Shown piece by piece: positions 31,418 to 40,604 of a stretch of DNA of 64,000 nucleotides (positions within the stretch are counted from its first letter, which is position 1; the number at the start of each line of letters is the position of its first letter). The DNA is from Marinicella sp. (GTDB taxonomy: Bacteria > Pseudomonadota > Gammaproteobacteria > Xanthomonadales > Marinicellaceae). The notes under the pieces are model-generated. The model was not told the DNA's origin. It saw only the letters and a program-made list of their open reading frames with translations, and made no database searches. The stretch lies in the NCBI GenBank assembly GCA_965230295.1, contig OZ246001.1, forward strand, positions 1,088,001-1,152,000, read 5' to 3'. The position numbers and the translations under genes were made by a program.

Positions 31418-31546
31418 GGAGCGTTGACTTCAGTCAACGTTATGCAGCTGCTTGATCAATGATGCACCAGCAACTCGGAATATCATCGTAAATATAAAAC
31501 TCACCACATGAAACGCACGAGATCCTTCGGCTAAGCTCAGGATGAC
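31418..31546. repeat. Two dispersed REP-like copies
   Basis: GGAGCGTTGACTTCAGTCAACGT (31418-31440) and GAGATCCTTCGGCTAAGCTCAGGATGAC (31519-31546, similar to 23653-23681). Confidence 0.7.
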
Positions 31547-31619
31547 AGTTACTTGTCAATCAAACTTTACAAGGCGAAGAACTACAGCACAAACTGTTTA
31601 GAATACCTTGATCGTTTCT

Positions 31620-32126
31620 TTAACCATCATTTTCTAACTGAATTAAACGCCCGTTGTGCCAATAATACCTACAGCATGGCTTCTCAAACAGCTGAAAACC
31701 AATTCCCGGATGAGACAGGGTAATCTGTTCATTCCAATGCCAGTGTTTACCTGCCTCAAGGAGGTATAACCTTCCCCATATTTGTTTTGGACCAAAAAAT
31801 GTTTGTCTGATCAGGTGATGTTGATAACCACTGTTTGCTGAAATAAAAAGAATCGGTGATATTTTTCCTTTTCGAGTATCGAACAGAAAAGCCATGTAGT
31901 CAATGACCCCATCGCCATTGAAATCTGCCTGTAATTGACATTTGGATGACTCATGCCCATAACCTTCAGGGAAATCTAGTTCAGTGGCGACAAAAGGCAA
32001 TCCTTGAACAGTGATGTAATTTTGAACCTTGATAGGAATCACCACTTCTTCGCAAGCCAATAAGTCATAAGACATCATCAGCATCAGCTTGACCATTAAA
32101 GTCCGCATAACTGCAATATTTGCCAA
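31620..32126 (-). CDS. Hypothetical exported protein with a DFNGDG (FG-GAP/Ca-binding-like) motif
   Basis: 168-aa ORF starting 7 bp after the sortase stop; ADFNGDGVIDY. Confidence 0.55.
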   Translation of the reverse strand: MANIAVMRTLMVKLMLMMSYDLLACEEVVIPIKVQNYITVQGLPFVATELDFPEGYGHESSKCQLQADFNGDGVIDYMAFLFDTRKGKISPILFISANSGYQHHLIRQTFFGPKQIWGRLYLLEAGKHWHWNEQITLSHPGIGFQLFEKPCCRYYWHNGRLIQLENDG

Positions 32127-32133
32127 GGATTTT

Positions 32134-32787
32134 TCACATTCGCTCTGCTGTCACCTGATAACGCAGCTTACCACCGGTTTGCAGGGCGTTGAATGGGTAG
32201 CAGGTGGTGAGGATCAACTCATCTTCGGTGTTGATCCTCACCTGTTGTTTACTGGAGTCAACAACCTTCAAGTCAATGATGCGATAAACAAAATCACCAA
32301 CTTGCGTATCGATATGGATCAGGTCATTGAGTTTGGCTTTGGCGAGAAACCCAAAATGTGAATCATTGTGCGCACTGATCAGGGTACTCAGTGCCTGACC
32401 TGGCATGCCTGAGGTGATGGATCGTGCAGGACCGAAAGCCATGTTACGCCCACTGGCGCCCTCCAACACATAGCTGGTTTCATTCAATGACGGGAACGTG
32501 AGTTTGGCCACCGGATGGGTGTCAGCCCAATCCCAAGGCTTGTGCGGCTGGCCATCTTTCAGCGTTTGCTCCCACGCATCGGCAATCAAGTATTGGGCCA
32601 AATGGGCCTTGGCCAGCAGATAGACGGAGGAACCTACCTGCCAGCTGCCCACGGTTAACAATGCAGCGATGATGATCTTGATCCATGAGAACTTCTTGGA
32701 CTTTTGACGGGCCCGGAAAGAAGCAGAGGTTTTGGATCCGAAGGTATAATCTTGAGAGTTAGAATTGATCATCATGTGCTCCATCAT
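32134..32787 (-). CDS. Class GN (marine proteobacterial) sortase
   Basis: N-terminal TM; KA.LAQ.LI..AW; PW.WADTHPVA; AFGP; catalytic H in AHNDSHF; LTTCYPF; conserved R in GG.LRY. Confidence 0.93.
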   Translation of the reverse strand: MMEHMMINSNSQDYTFGSKTSASFRARQKSKKFSWIKIIIAALLTVGSWQVGSSVYLLAKAHLAQYLIADAWEQTLKDGQPHKPWDWADTHPVAKLTFPSLNETSYVLEGASGRNMAFGPARSITSGMPGQALSTLISAHNDSHFGFLAKAKLNDLIHIDTQVGDFVYRIIDLKVVDSSKQQVRINTEDELILTTCYPFNALQTGGKLRYQVTAERM

Positions 32788-32811
32788 TCAGCGTTTCTAT
32801 GACATGCCTGA

Positions 32812-34911
32812 TCAAGCGAACCGACGGCTCATGAACAAGGCCATACTCAGCAACAGCATGCCAATCAATAAGTTCCAGCGCCAACCCAATGATCCCTGAG
32901 GATAGGGCACTTGTTGTGCCGCTTTCGCTCGGGCCATTCGGCTGGCATCCGGATTCCTGTCCACCGCCACCAAGGCTGTGAACTCAGTGATTAAATGGTG
33001 TTTCAATGCCAAAGCAATGATGCTGTCTTTCAGCAATCCATGATCACCACCCAACATCAAATCATCGGTCATTTCCTCAACTTTGTTGCGGGCCCACAAG
33101 CGGGCAATGCCAGTGGTGCGATCATCGTCTTTCAGCTTGAATTGTTCTGACCAGGCTTTTTGCTGGTTTCCACCTTCACTGAGACCACTGACCACGAAGG
33201 CAGGTGATCCCAATGCTTTGTTGATGGGCGTCTTGCTGGTAATCACCAAAGGTTGATCCATGTATAAATCAGGTATCACACTGGGGCTTTGTACCACATC
33301 AGAGGTGTTCCAAGTAACTGCCATATCGGTCAATGCAGGACGCGATAATTGGTCAAACAAGTGGCTCATCGATTCATTGACCTGATCCAATCCGGCGATG
33401 TGGGTGTATGTGCCCTTGCCAAACATCGCAGCTTTACTCATAAAGAAATTATTGGGTGCAGGTCCTATGGCTATGGTGAACAATCGAGCATCACCAATAT
33501 CCTGAGCGATCTGATCAAATATCATGGCTTCATTGCCAACCGAACCATCAGTCATGAAAATGATTTGGTTCAAGAATCCCGATTTGATGTTCTCTCTTTG
33601 CATGGCGATTTGTAATGCAGGTGCCATGTTGGTACCGCCGTCTGAACTGAACCCGTCAACAAAATCCAGTGCCATGTTGATGTTATCAGGCGTTCCTGGT
33701 CTGGAAGCCGGGAATAACGCTTTGGCGGTGGAATCAAAATCAATCACGTTGAAATAAGAGCCACTGTCCAAGGTAGACAAAGCATACAACAAGGCATCTT
33801 TGGACTGTTCCAGTGCCATGCCATGCATTGACCCGGAAGTGTCCATGACGTAGGTCATGTTCCTGGGCTGTTTTGATTTTTCTGTGACATTGGGAGGCAA
33901 CACCATCAGCAGCGAATATTCAAATCCATCTTTCTGCTCTGAAAAATAGGCTGCCTTGGGAGTTTTTTCCAATTGAGGATACCAACGCAAGACGAAGTCA
34001 TTGGTGTCATACAATTGTTGATCTTGCAAAGTGATGTTGTGCAAATCGAAATCCTGGTCGATGGCCACATTGTGATGCAATGAGCGCAATTCATCCAATT
34101 CAAAACCTGCGTCTAAATTGACTTTGATGCTGCGATACATTTCATCGCTTACGCCTTGAGTGACTGGCAAATTGGCATTCACTGCAGGTGGAATGTATCT
34201 GGGTTTGATGGCCATGGGTAAGCGCAACTCGTAATACTGTTGCAAATATTTCAAGGTCATTTGGTAGGTGATCTCGACACTGATCATTTCCTGTGGCCCA
34301 ATGTTGGCAATGTCTGAGGTGAATATATTGGGGCGGTATTGTTTCACCATGGTGGCCGTTAACCCTTCTGCTTTGGCTTGCCGGTAAATCCTTTCGGCTT
34401 GTTTTTTTTCGTGAATTTCACCTTCGATAACCCGCTCCCCAATGGTCATCTTCAATTGATAAACGGCTGACTTGTCGGCCATCGGAAACGCATAAACACC
34501 TTCAGTCACCCAATTGTCCTGATCGTTGTAAAAGGTTTGCTTGAGTTTGATGGTGGCGAGTAATCCAAACACATCAACATCATAATCAGTCTGCACCAAT
34601 TTCAAACTGTGGTATTCACCAGTGCTTTTATTGAATTCCATCATCATGCCACTGCTGATGTCATCGAAATTGACCACTTCACGAGCTGAATCAACTGGTA
34701 ACGTTTGGGCCTGAACGTTGATGTGGTACAAAGTGGTATAAAACATGGCCAAGGAAAAGATCACCACATCCTTCCAATTCAAACCCAGTTTCTGATACTT
34801 GCTGGGCGGCTTGGTGACTTCTGCTTGTTCACTGTCATCCTTTTGATTTTGTCTTTTTTGAGCCAATTGTTCCAATTCCCATCGGATTGATTTTCTGCTG
34901 GTTGATTTCAT
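32812..34911 (-). CDS. Marine proteobacterial sortase target protein (VIT + vWA domains)
   Basis: VIT domain (Q.F.N..EGVY.FP...AV), vWA MIDAS DTSGSM, GGT.M, FMTDG, APN; C-terminal YPQGS followed by a hydrophobic helix and RR. Confidence 0.92.
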   Translation of the reverse strand: MKSTSRKSIRWELEQLAQKRQNQKDDSEQAEVTKPPSKYQKLGLNWKDVVIFSLAMFYTTLYHINVQAQTLPVDSAREVVNFDDISSGMMMEFNKSTGEYHSLKLVQTDYDVDVFGLLATIKLKQTFYNDQDNWVTEGVYAFPMADKSAVYQLKMTIGERVIEGEIHEKKQAERIYRQAKAEGLTATMVKQYRPNIFTSDIANIGPQEMISVEITYQMTLKYLQQYYELRLPMAIKPRYIPPAVNANLPVTQGVSDEMYRSIKVNLDAGFELDELRSLHHNVAIDQDFDLHNITLQDQQLYDTNDFVLRWYPQLEKTPKAAYFSEQKDGFEYSLLMVLPPNVTEKSKQPRNMTYVMDTSGSMHGMALEQSKDALLYALSTLDSGSYFNVIDFDSTAKALFPASRPGTPDNINMALDFVDGFSSDGGTNMAPALQIAMQRENIKSGFLNQIIFMTDGSVGNEAMIFDQIAQDIGDARLFTIAIGPAPNNFFMSKAAMFGKGTYTHIAGLDQVNESMSHLFDQLSRPALTDMAVTWNTSDVVQSPSVIPDLYMDQPLVITSKTPINKALGSPAFVVSGLSEGGNQQKAWSEQFKLKDDDRTTGIARLWARNKVEEMTDDLMLGGDHGLLKDSIIALALKHHLITEFTALVAVDRNPDASRMARAKAAQQVPYPQGSLGWRWNLLIGMLLLSMALFMSRRFA

Positions 34912-35033
34912 GTCGTCCTCAAATGGTTAACTTGAAGGCCATTTAATCAAGCAAAAAGGTCCTTCAGCTGCCACGTAAATGATGATTTATGGCAAGTTCT
35001 GACCAAAAAATGCAGGACCCGTTCTGTCCATTG

Positions 35034-35069
35034 AAAAAAAAGCCGTTGCATTGCTGCAACGGCTTCTTT
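35034..35069 (-). terminator. Rho-independent terminator after the 35089-36372 gene
   Basis: AAGCCGTTGCA-TTGC-TGCAACGGCTT hairpin next to an A8 tract (U8 on the minus strand). Confidence 0.85.
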
Positions 35070-35088
35070 GTCTAGGCTCTGATTCCTG

Positions 35089-36372
35089 TCAGAAGGAAGG
35101 ACAGGTAGGTGGAATAACTGGACCTTCAAATCCAGTGGCGAAGATTAAATCTCCTTCAAAACCGGATTTGAAAATAATGGGACCTGCCGGGCCCCCTCCA
35201 CGATTCTGGGAACGCGGTATTGCGAAAGGCAAACTACTGCCATCACCAAATGGATAAGGATCAATGCTGTCAGGCAAAGTTGTGATGGTTCCATCACTGA
35301 CATTAATCCAGCGACCCGTGTTTTCACTGGCAAAAATGGCCACCAGTTTATTTTGTTCACTGAACATCAAACTGGTCAGAACACCGGTTGAACTGCCTGG
35401 ATCAGGGTAGTTGGTACAACTGGCTTGCATGGTATTTGAGTCCACTTCGATCAGCACATCAGTGGTATCAAATGACATGGTATCCAAAGCATAGTAATTA
35501 CCATTGACCGGACTGACGGCGAAATCATTGATGCCATAATCCAACATGCCCGTACTGCCCAAGCAATCTGTGACTGCCTGATCCGCGTTACCATTGGCAA
35601 TAAAATCCGCTACAACACATTGTGAAAAGGTGTTGGTGCGGTCTCTGAATTGATTCATCACAGCAGCACAAGTGGCATCTGTGGTGGTATCAGCTTCTGA
35701 CCATGCAGCAGGAATCACACCGCCGTTGGCTGCAGTCAAATCAGCACTGGTTACTTGCCCAATCATGATCCGGGGCACCTGGTATAACACCTCTCCAGTG
35801 CCCGCCATCACATCAGCACTGGATTGATAGTTGGTTTTATAACCCAATAAATACATGTTGCCTGATTGATCAAACGAAGAGGCCGTGTGTACGATTGGAA
35901 TGACTTGCTCATTGTCTGGAGGTAAAACAAGGTCTTCCGCTGGTGGTTGTATTGAACCAATGTTTTGGTAGCCACCATCATTGCCTATTCTAAACACATT
36001 GACATCATCAGCCACCATCATATCCCCAGGTTGACCTGGTGAAGGAAATGGCATGGTTAATTCCAGATGGGTGCCTATACCCATTGAATCAGTAGGCATC
36101 AAGCCATATAAGAACCGGTCACTTGGATTCAAGCCCAAACCATCAATGGGATTGGGTAAAGTGCCACAATTATTCAGTGTATTGACAAAAGTCTGATCTG
36201 ACATGTTGGTACACTGCCTGTACAATCGGCTGTTGCCAAATAAATCAGAACTGATGCTGAAAGCTTGATTGTCTGTATCCTGAAAGGAAGTGGTGATATC
36301 CGGAACACACAATGGACCACCCGCTTGCGCACCAGAGGCAACAAACAGACCCACACACAGTAATTTCTTCAT
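35089..36372 (-). CDS. Secreted beta-propeller-like protein (DUF6923-like) with two tandem IFxxGFE motifs
   Basis: Signal peptide (..AQA); blade-like motifs GLGLNPSDRFLYG, FDQSGNMY, DFAVSPVNGNYY; C-terminus PIIFKSGFE-G-DLIFATGFE-GPVIPPTCPSF. Confidence 0.7.
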   Translation of the reverse strand: MKKLLCVGLFVASGAQAGGPLCVPDITTSFQDTDNQAFSISSDLFGNSRLYRQCTNMSDQTFVNTLNNCGTLPNPIDGLGLNPSDRFLYGLMPTDSMGIGTHLELTMPFPSPGQPGDMMVADDVNVFRIGNDGGYQNIGSIQPPAEDLVLPPDNEQVIPIVHTASSFDQSGNMYLLGYKTNYQSSADVMAGTGEVLYQVPRIMIGQVTSADLTAANGGVIPAAWSEADTTTDATCAAVMNQFRDRTNTFSQCVVADFIANGNADQAVTDCLGSTGMLDYGINDFAVSPVNGNYYALDTMSFDTTDVLIEVDSNTMQASCTNYPDPGSSTGVLTSLMFSEQNKLVAIFASENTGRWINVSDGTITTLPDSIDPYPFGDGSSLPFAIPRSQNRGGGPAGPIIFKSGFEGDLIFATGFEGPVIPPTCPSF

Positions 36373-36626
36373 AGTACCCCTACTCGTTATTATTTGAATG
36401 AACCTGATTTATTATCGACGAAACGAAGCCAAAATGTTGAATTTATTACTTATTGTTCTAAAAAAATTAAAATATTTGCTGTCTTTCGCTGATAATGACA
36501 GATAATTTGGAGATGTGACAATCTTTGTTGATGTCACAGATTGTAAAATCACCTAACAACAAATTGACGGCATGAAAATTGATTGCTATCCTGTATACAA
36601 TTAAATACTAACAACGAGGCAATATT

Positions 36627-37133
36627 ATGGGATTTTTTGACTTTTTGGCAGATGCTGGATCTAAAGTATTTGGCAGTGATGAAGAAGAAAAGGATGTGAC
36701 ACTACCTATCATCAAGCACATTGAAAATGCGGGTGTAGACATCACCAACATGAAAACCAAATTTGCAACTGGCGTGGTGACCCTTTCTGGATATGTCCCC
36801 AATCAGGAACAAAAAGAAAAATCAGTATTGACTGCTGGAAACATTGCTGGTGTTGCCAGGGTTCAAGACAATTTAATCTTGGGCGCCCCTCCTGCAGATG
36901 TGGCTGAAGCTGAAAAAGCCGAAGCTGAAGTGGCAGCCGCCGAGGAAGGAAAAGCCGGTGAAGAAGCTTGGGAATCAAGAACTTATACGGTTCAATCTGG
37001 TGACACTTTAGGCAAAATTGCCAAAGAATTTTATGGCAATGCCATGGAATACCCCAAGATTTTTGAAGCCAACAAACCAATGCTGTCTGACCCCGACAAA
37101 ATTTACCCCGGTCAAGTATTAAGGATTCCTTAA
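36627..37133 (+). CDS. BON-LysM protein (Kbp/YgaU-like)
   Basis: MGFFDF..DAG.K.FG; BON domain (GN.AGV..V.DNL); LysM YTVQSGDTL..IA..YG..Y..IFEAN..DPDKIYPGQVLRIP. Confidence 0.92.
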   Translation: MGFFDFLADAGSKVFGSDEEEKDVTLPIIKHIENAGVDITNMKTKFATGVVTLSGYVPNQEQKEKSVLTAGNIAGVARVQDNLILGAPPADVAEAEKAEAEVAAAEEGKAGEEAWESRTYTVQSGDTLGKIAKEFYGNAMEYPKIFEANKPMLSDPDKIYPGQVLRIP

Positions 37134-37157
37134 AAAACTGTTTTATCAGGGTGTGGA

Positions 37158-37198
37158 ATGGCCGCTTGGTGCTGCATGCATCAAGTGGCTATTTTTTT
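37158..37198 (+). terminator. Rho-independent terminator
   Basis: ATGGCCGCTTGGTGC...GCATCAAGTGGCTAT stem (with G-U pairs) running into T7. Confidence 0.7.
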
Positions 37199-37219
37199 GT
37201 CATGGGAAATATGAAAAAC

Positions 37220-37957
37220 TCAGAATTTGATCAGTTGTTTAATCACCACATCCGCAGCACGAATACCAAAGCTGCTGATCACCATGGGGCTGGTGCCGTA
37301 ACCCGAATCACAATCGAGCTTGAATGATTGTTGGTCAGCTGTATCACAAAATGGCAGGATCATTGCCTGGTCTGAATAAACGGCCTTGATTTTAAATTTC
37401 TTTTTGTCTTTCAGTCCATGGTGCTTGCGCAGTTCATAACGCACTTTTTTCAGCAAGCGATCACCCGCAGTTTGGGCCAAGTCAGCTTGTTGAATGCAGG
37501 CAGGATCAGTTTTGCCGCCCGCACCACCGCAAGTGACAACAGGTATTTTTTTCTTCAGACACTCAGCCAACAACAATACTTTGTGCTTTACTGAGTCAAT
37601 CGCATCAATCAAGTAATCAAACTCAAGTAACAATTCATCGGCATTGCTGGCCATAAAAAATGCTTCTTGTGCATGGACCTGACAAGCTGGATTGATGTCA
37701 TGTATCCGTTTGGCCATGGTGACAACTTTAGATTGGCCCACCGTACTGTCTAAAGCATGAATCTGGCGATTGATGTTGGTCACACACAATTCATCGGCAT
37801 CAATCAAAGTGATGGTGCCCACACCGACACGTGCCAACATTTCGGCCGCCCAACAACCCACACCACCGACACCCACAATGGCCACATGAGCTGATGCCAA
37901 CCGTTGTGCCTGGGCTGTACCAAATAACCGTTCTATACCACCAAATCGTTCTTTCAT
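37220..37957 (-). CDS. tcdA: tRNA threonylcarbamoyladenosine dehydratase (ThiF family)
   Basis: RFGG..RL.G, GVGGVG.W.AE.LAR.G.G, TNINRQ.HA, DAID..K, GGAGG..DP. Confidence 0.9.
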   Translation of the reverse strand: MKERFGGIERLFGTAQAQRLASAHVAIVGVGGVGCWAAEMLARVGVGTITLIDADELCVTNINRQIHALDSTVGQSKVVTMAKRIHDINPACQVHAQEAFFMASNADELLLEFDYLIDAIDSVKHKVLLLAECLKKKIPVVTCGGAGGKTDPACIQQADLAQTAGDRLLKKVRYELRKHHGLKDKKKFKIKAVYSDQAMILPFCDTADQQSFKLDCDSGYGTSPMVISSFGIRAADVVIKQLIKF

Positions 37958-38718
37958 AAGTTGAATAATTTCTGGGTATTGGCCGCTGTTTGTTGCGCCA
38001 AAAACATGGGGCCAATGTCTTTGATGGCGGCCACTTCTTGATTTACACGCAGTAAATCAATGGGTAAATTGCGTTTACCATAACGGTCATGAAAGGGTTG
38101 ATCAGGTCCATCGGTTTCCAGCAAGATGCTGGTCACTGGAACAGCTTGGACCATAGACTGCAGTTTTTTGGCTTTGGGGTTACAGACGGCAGGCCCAAAA
38201 CCCAAACAGACACCTGCATCAGTGATTTGTTTGGCTTGTTCAACCGAACCATTGAAACTGTGCATCACTGCTTTGAAGTAATCATGTTTTTTCAACAACT
38301 GAAACACGTCATCAATGGCCCCCCTGACATGTAAAATTAAAGGCAGATTAAAATGCTTGGCCAAGACAAGTTGTGCTTCGAAGATTAGCTTCTGCTTATC
38401 TCTATCTAAATCCTTGAGATAATAATCAAGCCCACATTCACCCACAGCCACAGCACCAGAACCCTGCAATGAATTTGCCAGAAATTCCAAGTCAGTGGCA
38501 TTGTGCTCTTTGATGTAATATGGGTGTAAACCTAATGCATACAACACGGCATCATGTTCTTTGGCTAAATTTAAAACTGCAGGAAATTGATTAACAGTGA
38601 CAGCAGGGACAACAAATCGACTGACACCTGCCAATTGCGCCATTTTGATTAATTGATTTCGATCATAATCAAAACGCGCATCGTCCAAATGTATGTGTGA
38701 ATCTATCAGCTGAATCAA
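37954..38718 (-). CDS. TatD family hydrolase
   Basis: DSHIHL, GLHP, VGECGLDY, LH.R, HSF.G, LETDGP. Confidence 0.93.
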   Translation of the reverse strand: MIQLIDSHIHLDDARFDYDRNQLIKMAQLAGVSRFVVPAVTVNQFPAVLNLAKEHDAVLYALGLHPYYIKEHNATDLEFLANSLQGSGAVAVGECGLDYYLKDLDRDKQKLIFEAQLVLAKHFNLPLILHVRGAIDDVFQLLKKHDYFKAVMHSFNGSVEQAKQITDAGVCLGFGPAVCNPKAKKLQSMVQAVPVTSILLETDGPDQPFHDRYGKRNLPIDLLRVNQEVAAIKDIGPMFLAQQTAANTQKLFNL

Positions 38719-39635
38719 ATCACAGGTTCCAAAAACATGCGTGGCATGACATCACCCCAATGCACATAGTGATCAACCAACAGAAAGGCAAACAACAACA
38801 TCAAATACCAAATGGAATATTTAAATGTCTGCCAGGCCAACAGTGGTGATTGGGTGCGTTTGAGTTCAAAGGCCATCCACAAAAATTTACCGCCCAACAA
38901 CAAAGCACCGGTTAAATAAATCAATCCGCTCATGCCAGTCAGGAATGGAAAGATGGTCACTATCACCAAAATGACGGTGTATAGCAAAATGTGTAATTGG
39001 GTAAATTCAACACCATGAGTCACTGGCAACATGGGTATGGCTGCTTTGGCATAGTCTTCTTTGCGGTAGATGGCCAAGGCCCAAAAATGGGGCGGTGTCC
39101 AGGCAAAAATAATACCAAACAGGATCAAAGCGTCTGCCGTGACATGCCCAGTCATGGTTGACCAACCCAATACCGGGGGCGTGGCGCCAGCCGCTCCGCC
39201 AATGACAATGTTCTGTGGCGTTGCTCGCTTTAAAAAGAAGGTGTAAACGAAGGCATACCCAATCAACGACAAAAATGTCAGAACGGCGGTCAACACATTC
39301 ACGAAATACACCAATACGGCCATGCCAATGAGGGTCAGCACTGTGGCAAATAGCAACACCTTTCCGGCTTGTAATTCACCACTGGGCAAGGGTCGATGTT
39401 GCGTTCTGAGCATGATGGCGTCGGCTTTTTGGTCAGCCCAATGATTGATGGCTGCTGCGGCACCTGAGGACAGCCCAATACCTATCAGACCCCAAATGAC
39501 CAAAACCCATTCAGATTCAGGAAAATTGCGCATAGACAGCAACATTCCAACAAATGCGGTGAACAAAATCAGCAGCACCACTTTGGGTTTGGTCAACTCA
39601 AGGTATTGTTTAAAATGACTCATCTGTTTTATCAA
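38715..39635 (-). CDS. cyoE: Heme o synthase (protoheme IX farnesyltransferase)
   Basis: LTKP, D..M.RT..RPLP, LKR.TPQNIVIGG.AGA, WTPPHFWAL, DY..A.IPMLP. Confidence 0.96.
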   Translation of the reverse strand: MIKQMSHFKQYLELTKPKVVLLILFTAFVGMLLSMRNFPESEWVLVIWGLIGIGLSSGAAAAINHWADQKADAIMLRTQHRPLPSGELQAGKVLLFATVLTLIGMAVLVYFVNVLTAVLTFLSLIGYAFVYTFFLKRATPQNIVIGGAAGATPPVLGWSTMTGHVTADALILFGIIFAWTPPHFWALAIYRKEDYAKAAIPMLPVTHGVEFTQLHILLYTVILVIVTIFPFLTGMSGLIYLTGALLLGGKFLWMAFELKRTQSPLLAWQTFKYSIWYLMLLFAFLLVDHYVHWGDVMPRMFLEPVI

Positions 39636-40603
39636 TTCGATCTGGTTTTGTATAACAACAGTACGACGTTAACCAACAACAAAGCCGCCACGCCATTGTG
39701 CAAGGTGGCAACAACCAAGGGTAAAGAGTATGTCACATTGATGATGCCCAAAGCAATTTGAATCACCAACAACAGCAACAGGCTCAATCCCAAAGGCATC
39801 AATTCCCGGTTGCGGGTTAGCTTAAAGATCAACCAAGAAAAATAAATGGTCAAGACCACAAAACCAATCCGGTGGGCCATTTGAATGGCCATTCTGGCGG
39901 GGCCGTCTTTGACCCCAAACTCATAATTTGGGCCGTACTTCTTGAACAAATCAAAGCCTTGTACAAAATCCATTTCGGGGATCCATACACCGTTACACTG
40001 AGGGAAGCCGACACAAGCCAGTGCTGCATAGTTGGCACTGGTCCACCCCCCTAAGGCGATTTGAAAGACCAGTAATAAAAGGCCAACCACTACCATCCAT
40101 TGTTTGACATGACCGGCATACCGGTATGGCGTGATCCCAGGTGTTCTGGTACAGGCCAACCATGTCAATAATGCCAAGGTGGTTAAGCCACCAAGCAAAT
40201 GGCTCATGACAATACTGGGGTGTAATTTCAGTGTCACAGTCCACATCCCCAAAGCCGCTTGAAATAAAATCACAAAACAAATCACCAAGGGTAAGGCGTA
40301 AGATTCAATCTTGCGTCTGCGAAATGCCCAGATGAACAAAGCCAAAACCGTTAAGGACAAAATACCAGCAACGTATCGATGGGCCATTTCCTTCCAGGCT
40401 TTGCCCACTTCAACAGCCCGTTCTGTGAAAGTCTGGTTGGCTTTTTCAATTTCATGCGCCTCATTAGGCCAGGCCAAATGTCCATAACATCCTGGCCAAT
40501 CAGGACAACCCAGGCCGGCATCAGACAAACGCACATACGCACCTAATATCACCACAAATAAGGTTAACCCAACGGCAAACCAAGCCAAATGTCTGTATTT
40601 CAT
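39632..40603 (-). CDS. ctaA: Heme A synthase (COX15/CtaA)
   Basis: GAYVRL..AGLGCPDWPGC, EMAHR, HLLGG, ALAC..FP.C, HR, HN. Confidence 0.93.
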   Translation of the reverse strand: MKYRHLAWFAVGLTLFVVILGAYVRLSDAGLGCPDWPGCYGHLAWPNEAHEIEKANQTFTERAVEVGKAWKEMAHRYVAGILSLTVLALFIWAFRRRKIESYALPLVICFVILFQAALGMWTVTLKLHPSIVMSHLLGGLTTLALLTWLACTRTPGITPYRYAGHVKQWMVVVGLLLLVFQIALGGWTSANYAALACVGFPQCNGVWIPEMDFVQGFDLFKKYGPNYEFGVKDGPARMAIQMAHRIGFVVLTIYFSWLIFKLTRNRELMPLGLSLLLLLVIQIALGIINVTYSLPLVVATLHNGVAALLLVNVVLLLYKTRSN

Positions 40604-40604
40604 A

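Noticed and set aside
32134-36372. Tagged propeller gene as part of the sortase operon or a sortase substrate
   Set aside because: A strong terminator lies at 35034-35069, and the protein has no LPXTG-like/TM/basic tail.
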